The notes below the pieces were generated by a model. The model was not told the origin of the DNA. It ran no database searches and saw only the letters and a program-made list of their open reading frames with translations. Below, piece by piece: positions 35,154 through 38,739 of a stretch of DNA of 38,739 nt (position 1 is its first letter; every line of letters starts with the position of its first letter). Origin of the DNA: an uncultured Verrucomicrobiota bacterium (GTDB lineage: Bacteria; Verrucomicrobiota; Verrucomicrobiia; Limisphaerales; BOG-1460); contig CAZFOA010000004.1 of NCBI GenBank assembly GCA_964520205.1, forward strand, positions 1 through 38,739, written 5' to 3'. Made by a program: the position numbers and the translations under genes.

Positions 35154-38100
35154 GTGAACACAGAAACATCCGTTTATTATTTGAAATCAGGTCGTATGGG
35201 ACGCGTCCTTTCCGCCGCCGTCTTGCGCCTTCTCCCATTCCTGATCTCGTCAGCCCCGCTTCTGGCGCAAGCCACGAATCCGATTGTCGTCGAGAATGCC
35301 CTGCCCGGAAATCCTTCGAGCCAGTGGGACATCACCGGCGCCGGCGACTCGACCATCCAGGGATTTGCCACGGATATCAGCGCCAATCGGGGCGACACCG
35401 TCCATTTCAAGATCAAGACCACAGCCAGCGCTTACCAGATCAAAATCTATCGCCTGGGTTATTACCAGGGCAACGGCGCCAGGCTGATCGCCACCGTCAC
35501 ACCATCGGCGCATCTCCCCCAAACCCAACCTGCTCCCGCCACGGACAGCACGACCGGTTTGATCGACTACGGAACCTGGGCCGAGTCCGCCTCCTGGCAG
35601 GTGCCGGCCAGCGCGACTTCAGGCATCTATGTCGCAAAACTGGTGCGCACCGACACGGGAGGCGCGAGTCACATCGTCTTTGTGGTTCGCGACGACTCCA
35701 GTTCATCCGACATTCTGTTCCAGAGCACGGACATGACCTGGGAGGCTTACAACGATTACGGCGGCAACAGTCTTTATGTCGGTTCCCCCGCCGGGCGCGC
35801 CTACAAGGTCAGTTACAACCGGCCGTTCAACACGCGCGGCGACTCTTCCCACGACTTTCTGTTCCAAGCGGAGTATCCGATGATCCGCTGGCTCGAAGCC
35901 AATGGCTATAACGTGTCCTATACCTCCGGTCTGGATGGCGATCGCCGCGGCAATTTGATCCTTCAACATCACGCTTTCATCGCCCTCGGCCACGATGAAT
36001 ACTGGTCGGCCGGACAGCGCACCAACGTCGAGACCGCTCGCGCCGCGGGCGTGAATCTCGCCTTCTTCAGCGGCAACGAAAATTCCTGGAAAACGCGATG
36101 GGAACCCTCCATCGATGGATCGAACACCCCGTACCGCACTCTCGTTTGCTACAAGGAATCGCTCGCGAACGCCAAGATTGATCCCACCCCGGCGTGGACG
36201 GGTTACTGGCGCGATCCGCGGTTCAGCCCGCCGGCCGACGGCGGCCGGCCGGAGAACCGGCTCACCGGAACGCTGTCGGTGGTCAACGACAACGGTCAAT
36301 CCTACACGATGCAGGTCCCTGCCGAACTTGGCGCCCATCGATTCTGGCGAAATACGGCCATGGCCTCGCTCCCGCCGGGAGGCACTGGCAATCTGGGCAG
36401 CCAGACACTCGGTTACGAATGGGATATTTCGCCCGACAATGGCTTTCGGCCGCCGGGTCTTGTGGATTTGTCCTCGACAACCGTGAGCGGCGTGCCGGTG
36501 CTGCAAGGGGACGGATTGGACTACGAAACCGGGACTGCAACCCATAATCTGACCCTCTACCGCGACACGAGTGGCGCCCTGGTATTCGGAGCCGGCACCG
36601 TGCAATGGTCCTGGGGCCTGGATACCAATCACGACAACGGCAATCCCCCCGCCAATCCCGCGATGCAACAGGCCACGGTCAATCTTTTTGCGGACATGGG
36701 AATCCAGCCCGCCACTCTGCTGGCGGGATTGACACCGGCAACCGCCTCGACCGACCACACGCCGCCGTCGTCCACGATTCAGACGCCCTCATCGGGCGGG
36801 ACGATTTCATTGGGAACGCCCGTGCTGATCACCGGCACAGCCAGCGACGCGGGCGGTGAAGTTGCCGGTGTGGAGGTTTCGACTGATGGCGGAACGACCT
36901 GGCATGCGGCCACCGGCCTGACCAACTGGAGTTACACCTGGTTGTCGCAGCAGGCGGGACCGGCGACCGTTATGAGCCGCGCGGTCGATGACAGCGGCAA
37001 TTTGGAAACCCCCGGTTCCAGCCTGAGTTTCACTGTACTGGGAAGCCCGGGAACTCTGTGGCCGAGCGCGGCGGTCCCCAACGTCGCGGACTCCGGCACG
37101 GATTCGCCGGTGGAACTGGGGGTGAAATTCCGCTCCGACGTGGTGGGCTTCATCACCGGCATCCGCTTTTACAAGGCCAGCGCGAATACCGGCCCCCACG
37201 TCGGCAACCTGTGGACCAGCAGCGGCACGCTCCTGGCCTCGGCCAACTTCACCGGTGAATCCGCCTCCGGCTGGCAACAGGTCAATTTCACCACACCCGT
37301 AGCCATCACGAACAACAAAATCTATGTTGCGTCCTATCACGTCAACACGGGCCACTACAGCGAAGACGACGACTATTTCCTGCCAAGCGGCGTGGACAAT
37401 CCCCCGCTGCATGCGCCGTCCGACTCCGCGGCCGCCGGCAACGGGGTGTTCGCTTACAACGCCACCAGCGTATTCCCAACCAACACTTTTAATGCCGGCA
37501 ATTTCTGGGTCGATGTCGTGTTTGCGACCAACCCATCGCAACTCGTCATCAACACGACCTCGCTGCCCAACGGAGTGGTCAATTCCGCTTATTCGGCGGC
37601 CCTGGCAGCGAGCGGGGGCACCAACCCATATACCTGGTCGATCCCCGGCGGTGGGCTGCCTCCGGGCTTGAGCCTTAACTCCGCCAGCGGAGCCATCTCC
37701 GGCAACCCCACCAACCCGGGCACGTTCAACTTCGCGGCCAAGGTCAGCGACAGCAGCATTCCCGTCAAAACAGCCACCAATTTCCTGAGCATCACCGTCT
37801 CGCCCCTATCGAACTTGATCTCCATCTGGCCAAGCTCCGCCGTGCCCACACTCCCCGACCAAGGCCCGGACGTCGCCGTGGAGCTGGGAGTCAAATTCCG
37901 CTCCGACATTGCCGGCATTATCACAGGCATTCGCTTCTACAAAGCCGCCGCCAACACCGGCACCCATGTCGGCGATCTCTGGACCACCAACGGCTCGCTC
38001 CTGTCCTCGGCCACCTTTACCGGCGAATCCGCCTCCGGCTGGCAGCAAGTCAATCTCACCACGCCCGTGGCCATCACGGCCAACACTGTCTATGTGGCTT

Positions 38101-38739
38101 CCTACCACGCCGACAACGGCCATTACAGTGAAGATACGAATTATTTCTCCACCAGCGGATTCGATAATCCCCCACTCCACGCGCTGGCCAATGGCGTGGC
38201 CGGAGCCAACGGCGTCTATACTTATGGCGCCGGCAGTGTCTTCCCAACCAACATCTTTAGCGCCGCCAACTATTGGGTCGATGTCGTCCTCGCCACCAAC
38301 ACCGCTCCGGCGCTGCCCCCGCAAACGAATCGTGTCGTCAATGAATTGACAACCCTGTTGGTGACCAACACCGCCACCGATGCCAACGCCTTGACCTATC
38401 AACTCATCAACCCGCCTGCAGGCGCAGGGATCGATACCAACGGCGTCATTTCCTGGACGCCCACCGAGGCACAGGGGCCGGGCACCAATACGATCACGAC
38501 GGTCGTCACCGATAACGGCGTGCCGCCTCTCAGCTCCACCAACAGCTTTACCGTGATTGTCAATGAAGTGAACACCGCGCCGATCTTGCCGGGGCAGAGC
38601 AACCGCACGCTCGTCGGCACCCAAAGCCTCACGGTCACCAACACCGCCTCCGACGCTGATATCCCCGTCAATCCGCTGGGCTATCAACTGACCAGTCCGC
38701 CGGCCGGCGCTGTCATCAGCGCCAACGGCATCATCTCCT
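35154..38739 (+). CDS. Giant secreted multidomain protein, 3'-truncated by the window end (dimethylformamidase-large-subunit-like N-domain, Ig-like, 2x DUF4082, He_PIG-type Ig, cadherin-like repeats)
   Basis: I translated this frame by hand. It is open from GTG 35154 (AGGAGG RBS at 35142-35147; in-frame ATG at 35196) to the last base, so it is not in the ORF track. The signal peptide is MGRVLSAAVLRLLPFLISSAPLLAQA. The N-domain reads IVVENALPGNPSSQWDI...YQIKIYRLGYYQGNGARL. The DUF4082 signature ELGVKFRSD..G.ITGIRFYK occurs twice. Confidence 0.85.
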   Translation, partial: MNTETSVYYLKSGRMGRVLSAAVLRLLPFLISSAPLLAQATNPIVVENALPGNPSSQWDITGAGDSTIQGFATDISANRGDTVHFKIKTTASAYQIKIYRLGYYQGNGARLIATVTPSAHLPQTQPAPATDSTTGLIDYGTWAESASWQVPASATSGIYVAKLVRTDTGGASHIVFVVRDDSSSSDILFQSTDMTWEAYNDYGGNSLYVGSPAGRAYKVSYNRPFNTRGDSSHDFLFQAEYPMIRWLEANGYNVSYTSGLDGDRRGNLILQHHAFIALGHDEYWSAGQRTNVETARAAGVNLAFFSGNENSWKTRWEPSIDGSNTPYRTLVCYKESLANAKIDPTPAWTGYWRDPRFSPPADGGRPENRLTGTLSVVNDNGQSYTMQVPAELGAHRFWRNTAMASLPPGGTGNLGSQTLGYEWDISPDNGFRPPGLVDLSSTTVSGVPVLQGDGLDYETGTATHNLTLYRDTSGALVFGAGTVQWSWGLDTNHDNGNPPANPAMQQATVNLFADMGIQPATLLAGLTPATASTDHTPPSSTIQTPSSGGTISLGTPVLITGTASDAGGEVAGVEVSTDGGTTWHAATGLTNWSYTWLSQQAGPATVMSRAVDDSGNLETPGSSLSFTVLGSPGTLWPSAAVPNVADSGTDSPVELGVKFRSDVVGFITGIRFYKASANTGPHVGNLWTSSGTLLASANFTGESASGWQQVNFTTPVAITNNKIYVASYHVNTGHYSEDDDYFLPSGVDNPPLHAPSDSAAAGNGVFAYNATSVFPTNTFNAGNFWVDVVFATNPSQLVINTTSLPNGVVNSAYSAALAASGGTNPYTWSIPGGGLPPGLSLNSASGAISGNPTNPGTFNFAAKVSDSSIPVKTATNFLSITVSPLSNLISIWPSSAVPTLPDQGPDVAVELGVKFRSDIAGIITGIRFYKAAANTGTHVGDLWTTNGSLLSSATFTGESASGWQQVNLTTPVAITANTVYVASYHADNGHYSEDTNYFSTSGFDNPPLHALANGVAGANGVYTYGAGSVFPTNIFSAANYWVDVVLATNTAPALPPQTNRVVNELTTLLVTNTATDANALTYQLINPPAGAGIDTNGVISWTPTEAQGPGTNTITTVVTDNGVPPLSSTNSFTVIVNEVNTAPILPGQSNRTLVGTQSLTVTNTASDADIPVNPLGYQLTSPPAGAVISANGIIS
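37055..37526 (+). repeat. DUF4082 module, copy 1 (intragenic protein-domain repeat)
   Basis: The module reads LWPSAAVPNVADSGTDSPVELGVKFRSDVVGFITGIRFYKASANTGPHVGNLWTSSGTLLASANFTGESASGWQQVNFTTPVAI...FWVDVVFA. Confidence 0.75.
37824..38294 (+). repeat. DUF4082 module, copy 2 (intragenic protein-domain repeat)
   Basis: The module reads IWPSSAVPTLPDQGPDVAVELGVKFRSDIAGIITGIRFYKAAANTGTHVGDLWTTNGSLLSSATFTGESASGWQQVNLTTPVAI...YWVDVVLA. It is offset 769 nt from copy 1. Confidence 0.75.

Overview
This is a GC-rich (roughly 60% by eye) bacterial window of 38.7 kb. Every gene I can support lies on the + strand. The left flank (1-3.6 kb) looks like housekeeping: a B12-binding radical SAM protein, a secreted GH27 alpha-galactosidase, a 55-aa membrane ORF missing from the ORF track, and dtd. 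From about 4.1 kb to 35.1 kb there is one very large surface-polysaccharide locus. It opens with an orphan NarL/LuxR response regulator, a short Wza-like OPX lipoprotein, a dedicated NusG paralog and a WbaP/ExoY-type priming transferase. Next come a WbpB-like oxidoreductase, a WbpD-like N-acetyltransferase and a Wzc-like co-polymerase whose ATPase domain looks degenerate. The locus also holds 8 glycosyltransferases (4 GT2, 3 GT4 including a tandem pair, 1 GT32) and a Wzy/O-antigen-ligase-like protein. Modification genes are a CE4 deacetylase, two membrane acyltransferase systems (AT3-like; MBOAT plus an SGNH-like partner), a FemAB-like GNAT and an AsnB-like enzyme without the glutaminase cysteine. 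A secreted beta-helix protein and a Wzm/Wzt ABC exporter complete it. Genes are tightly coupled, with seven ATGA start/stop overlaps. The window ends in a giant secreted protein (35154 to beyond 38739) that has no stop in the window and is therefore absent from the ORF track. It has a dimethylformamidase-like N-domain, two DUF4082 modules and Ig/cadherin-like repeats. The most unusual signal is a deviant tRNA-Thr(UGU)-like gene in the middle of the locus. It sits directly after a strong terminator, between the FemAB-like GNAT and the glutaminase-dead AsnB-like gene. This suggests, as a hypothesis only, an aminoacyl-tRNA-dependent amino-acid decoration of the glycan. Other points of interest are a G9 tract inside the co-polymerase gene, a palindrome-rich 365-bp spacer, co-occurring Wzy-type and ABC-type export hallmarks with no Wzx, and a gene set resembling PEP-CTERM/exosortase EPS loci with no exosortase in view. 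I saw no CRISPR array, IS element, integrase or prophage genes. The many long minus-strand ORFs are GC-driven shadows of the + strand genes.
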